A stretch of 64,000 bases of DNA from Bigelowiella natans CCMP2755 (taxonomy: Eukaryota; Protista; Cercozoa), in the NCBI GenBank assembly GCA_000320545.1, contig ADNK01000501.1:139448-203447 (forward strand), read 5' to 3'. The notes under the pieces were generated by a model. It was not told where the DNA came from and did no database searches. It saw only the letters and a program-made list of their open reading frames with translations. This document shows positions 27,294 to 40,348 of the stretch, one piece after another. The position numbers and the translations under genes are program-made. Position 1 is the first letter of the stretch. Every line of letters begins with the position of its first letter.

Positions 27294-30200
27294 ATGGATC
27301 CATTAAGGATGGAGGTGAATGCCTTTTCAACACTCTATGTTCGAAGGCTGACAAAATAAATAATCGAGATTTCGTTTCATAGAATTTTGATCTAATTACC
27401 TTCTTGGATTCGAATTGGAATCAGACATACATCAGCAGAAAAAGAGGCATGCCTCAATAATCATTCTTCTTTCTTCAGGACCATTTGGAAAGCAAGTGCA
27501 CCAAAGTTATGGAGATTGATGAAGAGGTTAATACCATAATAGATTGTGTTGAAATGCGTTTTAAGTTTCTACATACAGGAAAACATCGATCCTCTCGAGA
27601 TGATTGAGGCTATGAACAAGGATAGAGAAACCGACGGCTATTTTGCTGAAGAGGGTAATTTCGACCAGAATCAGAATTGTCTTTCGGACCCGTACGGTCC
27701 TTCCTTGGTGCCAAATACCACGGGAAAATCAGATTCATCAGTCGATAGAGCAGCATCCACTGCGGTTCTGGGTATCAACGACAGGCCAAACTCGCCAACC
27801 GAAACCGAAGGAAGACAGGTTTTATAATCTTAATGAATGAGTCTTTGGTTGAGTACTTACAACATTATTTGCAATTCTAAGGAAACCTCGATGCAAAGTT
27901 CATCGGATCATTCGGACCATAACCACGAAAATAGGGACGAAATTGAACCGACAACAAATCATAAGTCAAAAGATAGTGATACCGCAGGCAAAGACCCCAA
28001 CAAATCCGATTCCAAAATTGGTGATGCCGAAGATGGTTCTCCAACTCAGGATAATACTCAAGACGATTTTTTCAAGAACATTGACGACTCAACCTTGACT
28101 AAGAAACGTCAGCTGATGGATGAAAGGAAACGGAAATTGTTGCTCCTTTGTAAGCAAGAAGAGGAGAAAGCCAAAATGGAAGAAGAGGATCTATCGAATA
28201 CTGAAGACAATGACCCCAATCATCCCGATTCCAATAGTAGCGATGTCGACAAGGACGTCGATGATTCTCCAACTGAGGATCATACTGAAGATAATGTTAT
28301 CAAGAACACTAAAGACTCAGCATCGACTAAGAAAAGACAGCTAATGGATGAAAGGAAACGGAAATTGTTGCTTCTTTGCAAGCAAGAAGAGGAGAAAGAA
28401 ACAATGGAAGAGGAGGAAAAAAAACGATTAACTGAGGAGTCTGGTGCAGTGAAGATTGGATCTTCGCGTTTCAACAAGAAGAAAAGAAAAGTTATTGTTG
28501 ATGAGGATGATGAAGACAGCGATGATAGCGAAGAGGAGCCCAAGGCGAAAAGTCCAGAAAAATCTTCAGATGAAAATACTTTAAAATCAATCGTCATGGA
28601 TGATGATGAAGAATCTGAATATGAAGAGAGTGGTGAAGAAGGTATGGACAAAGCGACAAAAGTGAAAGTTTCGAAATCCCAATTAGATCAAATCCAAGAA
28701 GAATCTCAAGCTCTGAAGGAGGAACTTGACCAAATAAATGGGGAGATTGCTAACATGAAAACAGAGACCGAGAAGCAAGACAAAAAGTCGGAAAAGGAAG
28801 ACACACGTGCTACATTTCGTAAGAAGAAATGGAACAAAAACGAAGATCTTAGTAAGACTCAGGCAGTTCTTCGCAAGCGATCAACAAAAAAACAGGTGAA
28901 GGTCACACGTAATTACAAAAAGATCAATCAGACTCTTGATGGAATTTTCAAAAGAATCAATGATCGTGCGCAAAATATCGCGCCATCGCGGGTCATGGTG
29001 AATTATGCTCGTCGATATGGTCGACTTCCCGAGATACCAGCGATCGAGTTTAGATCGCCAACTGAAAAAGCAAGTAAGGAATCCCTATATAAGCAAATGA
29101 CTGTACTGGAAGAAGATTTGGCGGACAAGCCCACTCTTGAAGGGTATATTGGCTGGGAAGAGCTTCAACAAAAGCGAAAATTTGAGAGTGAACAAACGAA
29201 TAAAACGAATGCTGCAGCGGAACTTGCAGGATCAAAAGTAGAAAATGGACTCAGTACCGTGGATGCAGTCAAATCCGAACCTATTGAGAAAGAAAAAATT
29301 AAGCTAACTTTTGATAATGTTAAGACTTGTGATGGTTCTTCTTCTGACGAAGAAAGTAGTGAGGAGGAATTCTATATTTGTCCTCCCCCTAAATTGGGTG
29401 AAAAGAATCACAACAAGAAAACTAGAACACTTGCAGTGGCAGGTTTATCCCCTATGGTCAAACGTAAAAATCGACAAGCTCTCCGCCAAAAACTTATTGA
29501 GAATACGAAACAACGCAAAGGGCCATCATATGAGTCCTATGAACCGTCTTGTGAATTTGCCCCGCCTGTAAAAATAGATGTGTCACTGGGAACGAATGAA
29601 GAAGCTGATGAAATGGAGGAGGAAGAAGAAGAAGATACTGGTATGATCAGTGATGAAGAAGAACTTCTGCAGAAAATGCGAACAGACCAGGACGAGTTCG
29701 ATGAGGACTGTGAGGAAGAGGAGGAAGGTGAAAACAATGATTCAGAGGAGGACGAAGATATCGAACGAGGTGAAGAGAAAGAAGACGAGCAAGAAGAGGA
29801 GCAAAGTGAAGCCGTGACAAACAAAAGCGAACTTCCTGAGCCTACTCATATTGAAGCAACCAAAAAAACCATGCATCCAATTTTTGCTAAACCTAAAAAT
29901 ATTGTTCGCTCCAAAAGCAAAGCAGATTCGATGGAATTGCAACTTCGTCTTGAACATACCCAATGCATTGATACAGACGTTCAGAATTCCAATAAGACAA
30001 AGGAGGATTTGAGTACGGAAAAATCCGAGTCGCAGCCCCTAAGTCGTACCCAATCTTATGGAGCGGACATTGACATTGGGAACGACAAGGAAGATTCCAA
30101 AATACCAAACACGGTAATTACAGAATCACTTCATCTGGATCACACCCAATATGTAGATACGAAAGTTCAAACCGAAACTCAAAATTCCGAGATCGGAGCG

Positions 30201-31765
30201 CGGAAAGTTGGCCTTCCGGTGGACGTGACTAAAGCACCTTCTCCCTCAATTCCAGAGACACTACCCATTCCCGATACCCTACCTATTAACGAAAAGACGC
30301 AATCCTCAGTGGAATCAAGTTATGAAGAAACACAGACTTTAGAAATACCTTCACAGGCAGACTCTGAGACCGAAGACTCTTTAAAGAGGCCTCTTCTATC
30401 TCAAGACATGAAAGCTGCTAGGAGAGAGTCGCTTGGCAGCGAGACCACGCAAGGGGGATCTAATGAACATGTTCTTAACCAGTCTCAAGGTGAGAGTGTT
30501 TCCAATTCCCAAGAAGATCAGCAGACTGATTTCAGAGCCAAAATCTCTAGCATAGTAGAGGATGAAGCCGAGGAGTCAGATGATTGCAAAGGAATATTAC
30601 CGGAAGATGAAGAGATAGATGATGAAAACGAGGAAGGAGATTTAGCTGATCTTGTGGCACCAGAGGACGAAATTCAAGCAGAAATGGAAGAAGCTGAAAG
30701 AATTCTTGAAGCAGATAGGATATTAGAAGAAGAACATATCGAAGAAGAAGCTGAGCTGAAGGCCCTTGAAGAACGATTTGTTAGAGGCGGCCAAAAAAAC
30801 CACAAAAAAGCAAAACTCAAAGCACAGGAAGAAAATTTTGAGGAGGACGAGGGTGTTAAGTTGAAGTTTGAACAGATTGAGGAAGAGGAAGGGCGAAAAC
30901 TGAATACGTGGGAGAAAAAACTCATTCAAGCTGAAGAGTTGTGCATTCAATCTGAGGACCGGGGCCTTATTTCTGACTCTGAAGACGAAGATGAAGATGA
31001 GATCAAAAGCCGGCTTGAGCGAAAAGTATCAATAATAGATTTTGAGGAAAGTCAGGGATCTCAGCGTTTGTTGACCAGAATAGAATCCGAAAGGTCATCG
31101 CAGGCAATTTTCTCTATGACTAGGAAGACAAATCTAGCAAGGTCTCGCTCTACTGGTAGCAGCGCGTCTAACTTCGAGGCTTTCAACAAAAGCATCGCCA
31201 TGGATAGACCGACTCTGAAACGCAAGCACTCTTTCATTGGCAAGCCGCTCACGGAACGTCAGACTAGCATATTAAGCAGACGCGCATCTTCCACGTCACT
31301 GTGCGCCTTTTCAGGGGGATCGAAGAAATCTAAATTGAGAAAGGTAAATGGAATTTCACCTATGCTTTTATATGAACGCGTATGAGACTGATGTAATATT
31401 AATTTCAGATTCATAGAAGCTCGTCCAGGTCGTTCGTATTTGCTCGAGATTTTGATACAGCCTCTTTACCAGGTTCAGTCTTGTACTCTGCATCCCTTTT
31501 TTAAACTTGACACTTCCTCCGATATACGAAGGTGGCAAACCACCTCTATCTAGGTCCCTATCCAGACCTCCACTACAGCGCTCGGTTTCCTTGGCCACCG
31601 TACGCTCAACTGGGTCTTCAAATAGTTCAAGGTCAATTCATTAAAAGATCTTTTATTACAATTCTAATTATGTTTATTCTTTGCATTTACAGCAAATCAT
31701 CTGATGGAGGTTCTCTATTTGCGGCATTAGCAAAGACGAGATATAAACGACCGACGAGAAAGTGA
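27294..31765 (+). CDS. Large acidic, mostly disordered protein; Claspin/Mrc1-like replication checkpoint mediator
   Basis: Has a 3.5-kb exon (ORF 27837-31385) plus small flanking exons. The C-terminal IVEDEAEESDD...DLADLV...ELKALEERFVRGG..K resembles the MRC1-like domain. There is an SQ/TQ-rich cluster at ~29950-30530. Family call is an inference. Confidence 0.55.
27993..28417 (+). repeat. In-frame intragenic tandem duplication, ~228-bp period
   Basis: DxSPTxDxTxD..KN..DS..TKKRQLMDERKRKLLLLCKQEEEK occurs twice (anchors at 28032 and 28260). Confidence 0.93.
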
Positions 31766-31909
31766 CATCCTTCGTCTAATGATTTAACTATTTTTATTTA
31801 ACTGGAGAACCGACAAAATTTGTGAATCTATGTTTTTCCTAGTATGATACGGAAAAAATACGGATTGCATGACTAGTGAGCACGCAGCACACATATCATG
31901 TTTATAGGT

Positions 31910-32655
31910 TTCTGGGTTTGCGCGCTGTCAGCTGTCTAGCTGTGCATCCAGACATGCACAAGTTCTAGAGTTGTGATGACCCATGCGCTGATGTGCATGC
32001 CAGCATTGCTAGATTGTCCTGAAGCATTTGCATGCTAGCATGTGCTAGTGTGCATGTCTAGATGATGTGCACAACAAGACGTCATCTAGATCTAGAGATG
32101 GACGTGCAGTTGTTGCACGCAGATTCGAATTGTTGCGTGCCAGCGTGCATGAGCGCACGCACGTGACAACAATGCACTTGTGCAGCATCGCACACGCAGC
32201 CGCACGTGTGCGCACAGTGCCAACGATGTGCGATGTGCGTCCAGCGTGCATCACAAGAATCGATTCAGAACACGACTTGCTAGCTTTTTGTGCCAGCTAG
32301 CCAGCGTGTCGAGCCAACTAGCGAGCTAGCGAGGCGGTGTCTGTCGCTTGTCTAGCTAGCTAGTTGTGGCACGAGCATGTGCCAGCATGTCCAGACGTGC
32401 TGGTGTGCCTGCGTGCTCATGCTTGATGCACATCGGGTGTCATGCGGTCATTGGGGCCGCTGTTGCACGACCGCCAGGTCGAGTCAGTTGCCACTCGCTT
32501 GACGACCTGCTGGCCTGACCAGCTGAGTGAACGAGTGAACGAAGACAGTTCCACACGCTAGCACGGAGCGGTCAAAAGGATCGTGGATCGTGGGTCTCAC
32601 ATGCCTGGCCACACCAAGACACGATCAGACGAGTTGAATTGTGCAACGACGAATT

Positions 32656-32691
<36 letters not shown>

Positions 32692-34585
32692 CACCCACTC
32701 AACGCCCAAGCTGGCAATGAGCCAGCAACAAGCAGCACGAAACAGACGAACAGACAAACGTGACAATTGACTGCACTTCCAAAAAGTTGCAAGACACTCA
32801 CAATGCACGAAACGCAGTGTCTCGAACTGACTTTGCTAGCTTTGGTGAGGCATGAACAACACTCAATTGTTGTTTTGTCATCAAGTGACGTTGCGTGCAC
32901 AGCTGGGCAGCAGTTCAATGGCACTCCAGCACTCATCATCATCTCTTCTCACGAAATCCGGCACACTAGACACAAAATGCTCCTACCCCCATGATGAACA
33001 ATCCACCATCGTTTCAAAATGAAGTGGGATTTGCAGTAAAGAACATTTTCCACATGCCCAACATGCAAGAAATATTTTTCACAAATTTCATTCATTGCCA
33101 TGTGTGTTTTCAATTGATTCCATGCAAACGAAATCTGCAAAACATTCCGATACTTTTGGCATCATTTTCTTTCGAGTTGGAAGAAAGTCACGGCCAACAA
33201 CATGACAGCATCGACGATTCATCTCCAGAGCAACATCCGATCACCCTCATTGCCATTGCATCACAATGGGCACCATGAGCAATTTGGATTACGGATGCCT
33301 CGGCCGCTTCATAGATTGTTGTAAGTGGATCTCCGACATCCCCGAACATCTTTGCATGTGGTGCAAAGAGAGCTGCTGTGGGGACAAGGGGGGAATTCCA
33401 GTGTTGCGGGCGGACATCTCGTGATGCAATCGAGATCATGGCACGAATAATGAGCAATGAACAATGATGATGAACTGCACGAGATGACCGGTGCAAAGCG
33501 AACCATTAAATTGACCACCATCAAAGGCCCGGCCGCACAAGAGTGTTGTTTGTAGAAAATAGATGGACAACGCTTTATCGAATGAATGGAATGTCCTTCT
33601 TGCAACAAGATGAAAGTTGCTCATGCCTGGGTACAGTTCAGTATGATTGCCCCGGTAAAGCGATTAGAGTGCGATAGCCGCTCTTCCGAGGTGTTCATTG
33701 GTTGCTGCAGGTTCTTTTGAGCAATTCGTCTGTGTGGAAGGAGAACGTGATTTGGGTGACGACGCAGAGTGAACTCGAAAAAACGATAACTTCCATTGCA
33801 GTAAATGATTGACACAGGAATTTGATGCAAGACGGATGCAATGAATCAATTAAATTTGTTCAATGGTCATCCTCATGTAGCTGTGCAATGCAGCGGCTAC
33901 AGCGCCAACATTGAATCTGTTGGTCTCCGCTACGATGTGTTTCATGCAGTCAAATGCATGCTGCTTCGGTCTTGAATGGCACGCATTTCGCGCAGCAGTG
34001 CGTGCTCCTTCTCATCGCAAGTCAATCTTTTCGTTTCGTCATCGCGCATCACTGCGGTAGTGAGCTGATTCTCATCAAGCATTCAATGTGACTGCTGCAA
34101 TGCAGATCTTCTAGCCTTGATGGGTGAGATTCGATTGAGGAGGAGACACTGTAACTTTTCTCATTCGAATGCTTCTTTTTTGCTGAGAAACAACGGTCAT
34201 CGCTAGAACGATGGACCGCTGCTGAGAAACACCAATGAAAAAATGGACCGCTCTAGCGCTGTTTTGAAACAGCAGTCAACGCGGTTTTGTCATTGCAAAA
34301 TTTCAAATCGATTGTCATCGTCAAACATCTGTGATTGCGCGCGCGACCAATCTTCGTCAACTTTCCTTTCCCTTCCACAGCTAGACAGCGTGCGCCAGCA
34401 GTGGGCGTTGCGTTCGTTGCAAGCCGTGAAGCACATCAGCTGTTCCATGTTGTCGAAACATGCATGTCTGCAGGGCAAGCTTCAAAATCATGCGCGCGTT
34501 CGCTCCCACAGCAAAACCCCGTCGACGCACAGCACAACCCTTACATCTGAAAGTGCATTTGTTCGCCCGCGCACCAGGCAAGCTA
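31910..34585. other. TpA-depleted intergenic island; probably a decayed repeat, mobile element or pseudogene
   Basis: Sharp compositional change between two convergent stop codons (31765 and 34657). Contains broken protein-like frames on the minus strand (e.g. MRDDETKRLTCDEKEHALLREMRAIQD, AFDCMKHIVAETNRFNVGAVAAALHSYMRMT) and short direct repeats (tgctgagaaaca x2, atggaccgct x2) at ~34181-34252. No TIR, LTR or transposase motif was recognised. Confidence 0.55.
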
Positions 34586-34656
34586 CTATGAGCTGGTGAG
34601 TTGGTTCGAATACAAACTAAGTTTATTGAACATATCCATTCGGCTCATGACTAAGA

Positions 34657-37649
34657 TTAACAGTGCTGCAACTTTAAGTGCAATATAATCGGACAGTGAT
34701 CGCTACCCAAAAAGCCTTCTCGATCCTAAAAAGAATATCACTTATGCATATTTTCGAGAGAATTTATCAAATCCTACCTTCCCTCTGCCGCATGTCTCTG
34801 CACGAAGAATCATTTCTGAAAGTAGAAAACGCAAACGTGAACCAAAAGAAATTACAATGCTGCGGGCTTTCATGAATTTAAATGAAATACCACCCAAGAA
34901 TTGATTTCACAATTAATTTCTTCTTTTTTGTCGCAAGGAGATAAATCTGACATTATCTTCGCCCTGTTCTAGGAATGAATCTTGGCGATGATTGGAACAG
35001 TAAAGGGCTCACGATTTGTAAAAAGTACAAACTCCTTCTTTTGTCAGTATGGGCAACCTTTCATCGCACTGGAGACTAGTGTGTAGTCAATTCGCATGCC
35101 TTTGTCGTAGTATAACGCTCTCTTCAAGCTCCCTACCCAGATGTTCAAAGATTATATTACGTTCTAATTTGGAGAATTATCTTCCAAACCAATTGCTGGT
35201 GGGCTGCCTCTCCATGTAAAATCCTTGAAGCGATCCACTTTCGGGTGCAGGACCCTGTAAAAAAGGCCTTTGTCAAGACTTGATGCACTATGTATACTAT
35301 GCACTATTGTCGCGGAGAGGGAACGCGCGGTACTTCAAATCACCTGTAAGCGTCCAGCAAGTTCCCAACCCGCAGCATCTCTCTAAATCTCTCTTGCTCA
35401 TGTGGGATTACCCCAGGCTAAAGATGATCACGACAATGGCAACATCGAGTCAATATTAGATCCTTCTGCTGCACCGTAATCGCGATGTTGTCATTAATTC
35501 AACAACAGCCCCTTCCCTCCTCCCTTGCGTGTTAGTTTCTCATGAGATTGATGCTTCACCTGCCCGGTATTCCTGTACGTGGCCGGCTTTTGATGATGTC
35601 TCTGGATGCTGTAGATTGTCTCGCGGAAGAAGCGGATGTGACTGCAACATGTTGTGAAATGGCGAGGAAGAAAATGTATTGTGGGAGGAAGGAGGAAGAA
35701 AAATAATTTAAATTAAGTGTGCTAAAGAGAACAGCAAAGGATATAAATGCTTATGGGGAAAAACAGTAATTCGTTATTTATGATTTCTAGCACTTCGTCA
35801 TCATAATAAAGAGCCATAATAACGATAAGCTTATAAACCTTGCATCTCTGTCCTCCCGGCACACATTCAAGTCGCCTGCCCAGATTAGCGGAGGATGAGT
35901 GGAGCTGCTGCTGCTGCTATTCCGAGAGGAAATGGACTCCATTCCGGTGGCTGTCCTTGTCTTGAGAGCCTCTAGAACCCGTTTGTCCCACGTTTCCCGT
36001 CGCGAGTGACTGTTTTGTGTAATCCCATACAGTGCGGTAACATGAATTTTCTTTTGTGGCATTCAGACTATGAGTCCAAGTGCGTCTTCTCCATTGATGA
36101 TTCGTGATCGACGCTATATTGCTCGCTACAAACCTGTGAGTTGTCCAACCGCTGTTGGGAACATACGTGCTCCAGATCTCAATCCCTTCCACTGTGGCAA
36201 TGCAGATCCTGCCGTCAGGATCATGCCCCCCTCTACCTTCTCCTGGAAATCTGCACGAGACAAATATATCCGAACGGTAAATACACGTCGCATACCAAAG
36301 CGGGGTGATGACACGGTCTTCACGGGATTTTGCAACAACGATAATTTGCTTTTAAGTCCTCAAATTCGTTCAAAACTATCACTCATTTTTCTTCCCTCTG
36401 GACGAACGACGAACGAACACCGAGAGAGAGCTACGAGCTACTACTGCAACAACCTGTGTTTAATCTTTGAAACGTGTAGCCCCTTCCTTATCATCATGGC
36501 GGTCCCAGCGTATTTCCTAAAGGTATGCATGAGCGTACATATTTTTGAGCGCTAAAGAGCATGGGACAGGGAGGTGATGCAGCCAATGGTTCCAACGTAC
36601 TATCATTCATTGCTACTATTGGCCTGACCAGTCTGATAAGGACCAGTGGAAGTTGTATCGTGACAGCATTGGATCTCGTAAAGCAGCGGCGATCTGCAGA
36701 TATGAACGAAAATAGTAAAGACGAAAATTAAAACGATGAAAGAGGGGAGATATAGATGAATAAGTCCCGGCCCCTCATTTTAGTCTCTTCGCCCCCCTCT
36801 GGCAAAAACAACGTAAAATAGAGTGAGTTCTACCTTCTTCGCATCTTCAAATGCCTTCTTCGTCCTGCACATGTTCACCGCCATCGAAGCATCAGTTCCG
36901 TCCCATGTCAATATTTGGATTAGTATTTTAATTGGAATGAGATGCGATCGAAATACACGGTAACAACGCAGAGGTGTGTGTGTGTGTGTGTGCGTCACTT
37001 GCTTGCATTTTTGCCGATGGTGTGAGTGGATTTCAAAGCGTTATGAAGGATGTGTCTGACTGTGTTCCAATTCGATTGCGTTTGCGTGGCCTGCCATCGT
37101 TACGCTTACAGCCGGGAGGACCTTCATTAGCAGCACCATCAACGACAATAACAGCAAGTGCGGTATTATTCATCATTTTTTCTAGCCATTTTCGTTCTTA
37201 TTTCATCTTTGTACAGATGGACATCTGCGTTGTTGCAGCAGCTTTTGGTGCTTCTTCGTCTTTTTCTTCTTCTTCTTCAACTACTTCTACTATATACTAC
37301 TACTACTACTACTACTACTACTACCACAGACCTTCCGCTGGAAGGTTGACCTGAGAAGAATGATATAGAAGTTGTGTTATTCACCAAGTGGCCGCGACAA
37401 TGACGACGACGACGACGATGATAACGATGATAATTTATGATTAATGGATAATGATGATGATGATGATGATGACATATCTTTGTTCAAACTTCTGTAGTTA
37501 TAGTCACTCAACTGTTTTTTAATTGTAGCAATATCATGACCATGTACATGTTGGAAGGGAAGGAAATCAGGGAATATACTACATACTTCTTGGATGCATA
37601 TCACATCGGGATCTTCTCTCCGCAAGAAACTGACGAATGCACTCCGATC

Positions 37650-37687
<38 letters not shown>

Positions 37688-39606
37688 CCCACAATAAAAG
37701 AAGGAAAAAAAAGGGGGTGGGGGGGGGGGAGGCGGAACTCGCATGTATTTGTAATATCTTTCGATTTCGTGGGACAAACGTGCGTCTGATTCTAACTATC
37801 TGTGTTTGCCATCTTATCTTTTGTTCGTCGTGATCGGAATACGCTATAATCTTCATCTTTTCCTATTTAATAAAATACATCCAAAGCAAACCTGCTGGTT
37901 TATCAATCGGGTTCCGAAGCCATTGGCGTTCCAAGAAGCGAGCTGATAAATAGCAGGAAGTGGGGAATACGAGAAGGAGGTTGACGAAGGAAGGGAGAGC
38001 AAACAGACAACAGCCATGCTAGTGCATGAATCATGTCTCCTGTTTTCTCATTTCTATTGGGTTGTCTGGCATAGCAGCAACGATGCAGTGCAAATCCTCC
38101 TTCCTTTCCCCGCACACAAATATGTAGAGGGATTGAGCGAGAGAGGTTAAACGTATCCGAAATGCATCATATACAGATCTTGCACACATACAGCAACATA
38201 CGTCACGGATTCCCCGCTCCTAACCCTTCTCCTCCTCCTCCTCCTTTCACTCCTCATTGTATTTACGACACGCAACGTGCTACTACTACTACTACTACTA
38301 CTACTACAACAACTACTACTACTACTACTACTACTACTACCTTGAGTATAGATTTGGTGGGCGCAGATGTTCCAGAGGCCCCCTTCTCCTTTTTCTCGTC
38401 CTTCAGCCTCCTCCTCGGCTCAAAGAATTTGGAACGAGCCTTTTTGGAAGAAGAACAACCCCCAAGACTTGGCCGTCCCTGGAGGAGATGATGATGGGAA
38501 AAGGATCGCTTTCGCGATAATAATGAAGAGAGTGTCTTGGTAGATGAAGATGCACGGTTATTGCTCGCAGCGACAGCAGCATCCTCGCCCTTTTCTTTTG
38601 TGGTATTACTACTGTCATTGCTGTATTGCACGCTACCAGTCGCTCTGGCGGGGTTTTCCATCACCTCCACCTTTCTTCTTGTCTCTAGTAGTGTCGGCAG
38701 AGAAGAGAAGGATGAGGATTGGGAGATTGGGAAGGAGGGAGGCAGCGAAGGCTCTAAAGTTAGCGACTCGTCGTCCTCTTCTTCTTTTTCTTCGTTATCT
38801 TCTTCATTTCCCCCTCTCCCCATTCCTTTATTCTGTGTACTTCCACTTTTGTCCAATTTTCCGATTTGGCTCTTCTGGACAACTGCATCCTTGGCATGAC
38901 CATCGTCGTCGTCGTCACCATCTTCATCGCCTAGACTCTGTGGCAACGAAGGCTGCAGTGTCAGAGAAAGATTCGGTTGTTCCAAATTGAAATTAAACTT
39001 TCTGCTGCCGTAGTCGAAGTTCTCGCTTGTACTTGAAGATGTAGGTTTGCCTACTATCCTGCTCTCGCCCTTTTGATCGGATTTCTTCCGATGTGGTATT
39101 ATTGCTGCCATGGAGGGGGATTTCTCTCCAGCCCTCCTTTTCGCAGCTGAGGGTTTTTCTTTCGCGTCTTCTGGTAGTTCCAATCGGCTGGTGCTGGTGC
39201 TGGTGCTGCTGGTATTGCTCATAAATGCCATCAGAGAACGCTGTCGCATCCTCTTTGGTGTTCCCCCAGCCTTTTTCCGTGGGGGGCAAGTTTCTATCTT
39301 TCTCCCAGCAGAATTATGGTTCTCCTCCATTAAATCTGATGAATAATCGATCAAAACGGAGTCTCCTGATTTCTCCTAATCATTTATTGCTGTGTAAATA
39401 TTTACCTATTCTTCTCGTGGATTTTGGAATAGGCTTGGACTTGAGTGTCGTTGTGGCTGAAGCTTGTGGTGAGGCTTCGCCTTTGGAGAATCGAAGTCGC
39501 ATTACTTTCCCCAAAAGGCCTATCTCATCTCCTGTTAAAAATCTACTCTCAGAAAATATGACGAAAGCAAACATCAGTAGAAACATATCATGCACCAATA
39601 CTAATC

Positions 39607-39650
<44 letters not shown>

Positions 39651-40208
39651 CTCATTTCATGCGTGGCTTCTCACATATTACCATCAGCCAGCACCCTATG
39701 CTCCCCAGAACGCAGGAGTTCCCATGGTACCAGAGGCCCATGAGAATGTGGAATACCATTTATTTTCATGCGTCTATATCCTAGAGGATTCATGCCTGTA
39801 GCCTCTATTAACCACGACCCATCATCTGGCCTCTGCTTGACGTTCCCAGCACTCTTGCTAACAAACTTCCAATTCTTGATCGCCTCCTTATTACCGCAGG
39901 CTTTCAGGATCAGTGCCTCCCTACGTCCAATCGGGATCGATGGAACCGGTCCAGATTTGCTCGTGGCAACGTCGCTATCAATAGCAGCTTCCGTAGGATG
40001 ACTGCTTGCAATGAGGTCGCACACTACCTGATCAGGATTCTGAGGAGAAACAAGCCTGGCATTTTCGGATCTCACGTGCACTGAAATCGGGAACCAAGAT
40101 AAGGGAAAATCTAATGTCAACCTTGCGCAATTTCGAAGTCATTAAGCCAGAAATTATTAGCGAGCACTCGTTGGCCGACGTACCTTCTCCGAGATCGCGC
40201 GAAGCCAT
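34657..40208 (-). CDS. ExoIII-family AP endonuclease (APE1L-like) with N-terminal FHA-like domain and long disordered linker
   Basis: EEP motifs SWNANG, DPDVICIQEV, KYAGTA, HDPDGRI, TYVPNSG, WAGDLNV, GMRIDYTLVS and GSDHCP. The N-terminal PIGRR...FVSK...EATGMNP...LTGDEIGLL resembles the PNKP/APTX-type FHA. Whether the two parts form one gene is inferred. Confidence 0.85.
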
Positions 40209-40348
40209 TGCTATTCGGCCTGAGAAGACTCTCCCAATAGAGGGTTTTCATCCTGAGACATACTACATTCACAGTTTAATAGCGAAAACATCCTACATAT
40301 ACTTGTTCTTCTTCGGGAAAGAAAGAAATATTGACAATATTTGGCTTC

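Noticed and set aside
31910-34585. Assignment to a specific transposon or endogenous virus family
   Set aside because: No terminal inverted or long terminal repeats, target-site duplication, or catalytic motif could be recognised by eye.
32045-34599. Cys/His-rich short ORFs as real genes or metal-binding peptides
   Set aside because: Loss of TA removes TAA/TAG stops and Tyr codons, which inflates ORF length and Cys/His content. No coherent domain was found.
38263-38341. Poly-Val tail of the 363-aa ORF, and the many poly-Y/H/S/CV/YI ORFs at 17.8-24.8, 43-47 and 56-64 kb
   Set aside because: These are read-through into intronic microsatellites, not protein.
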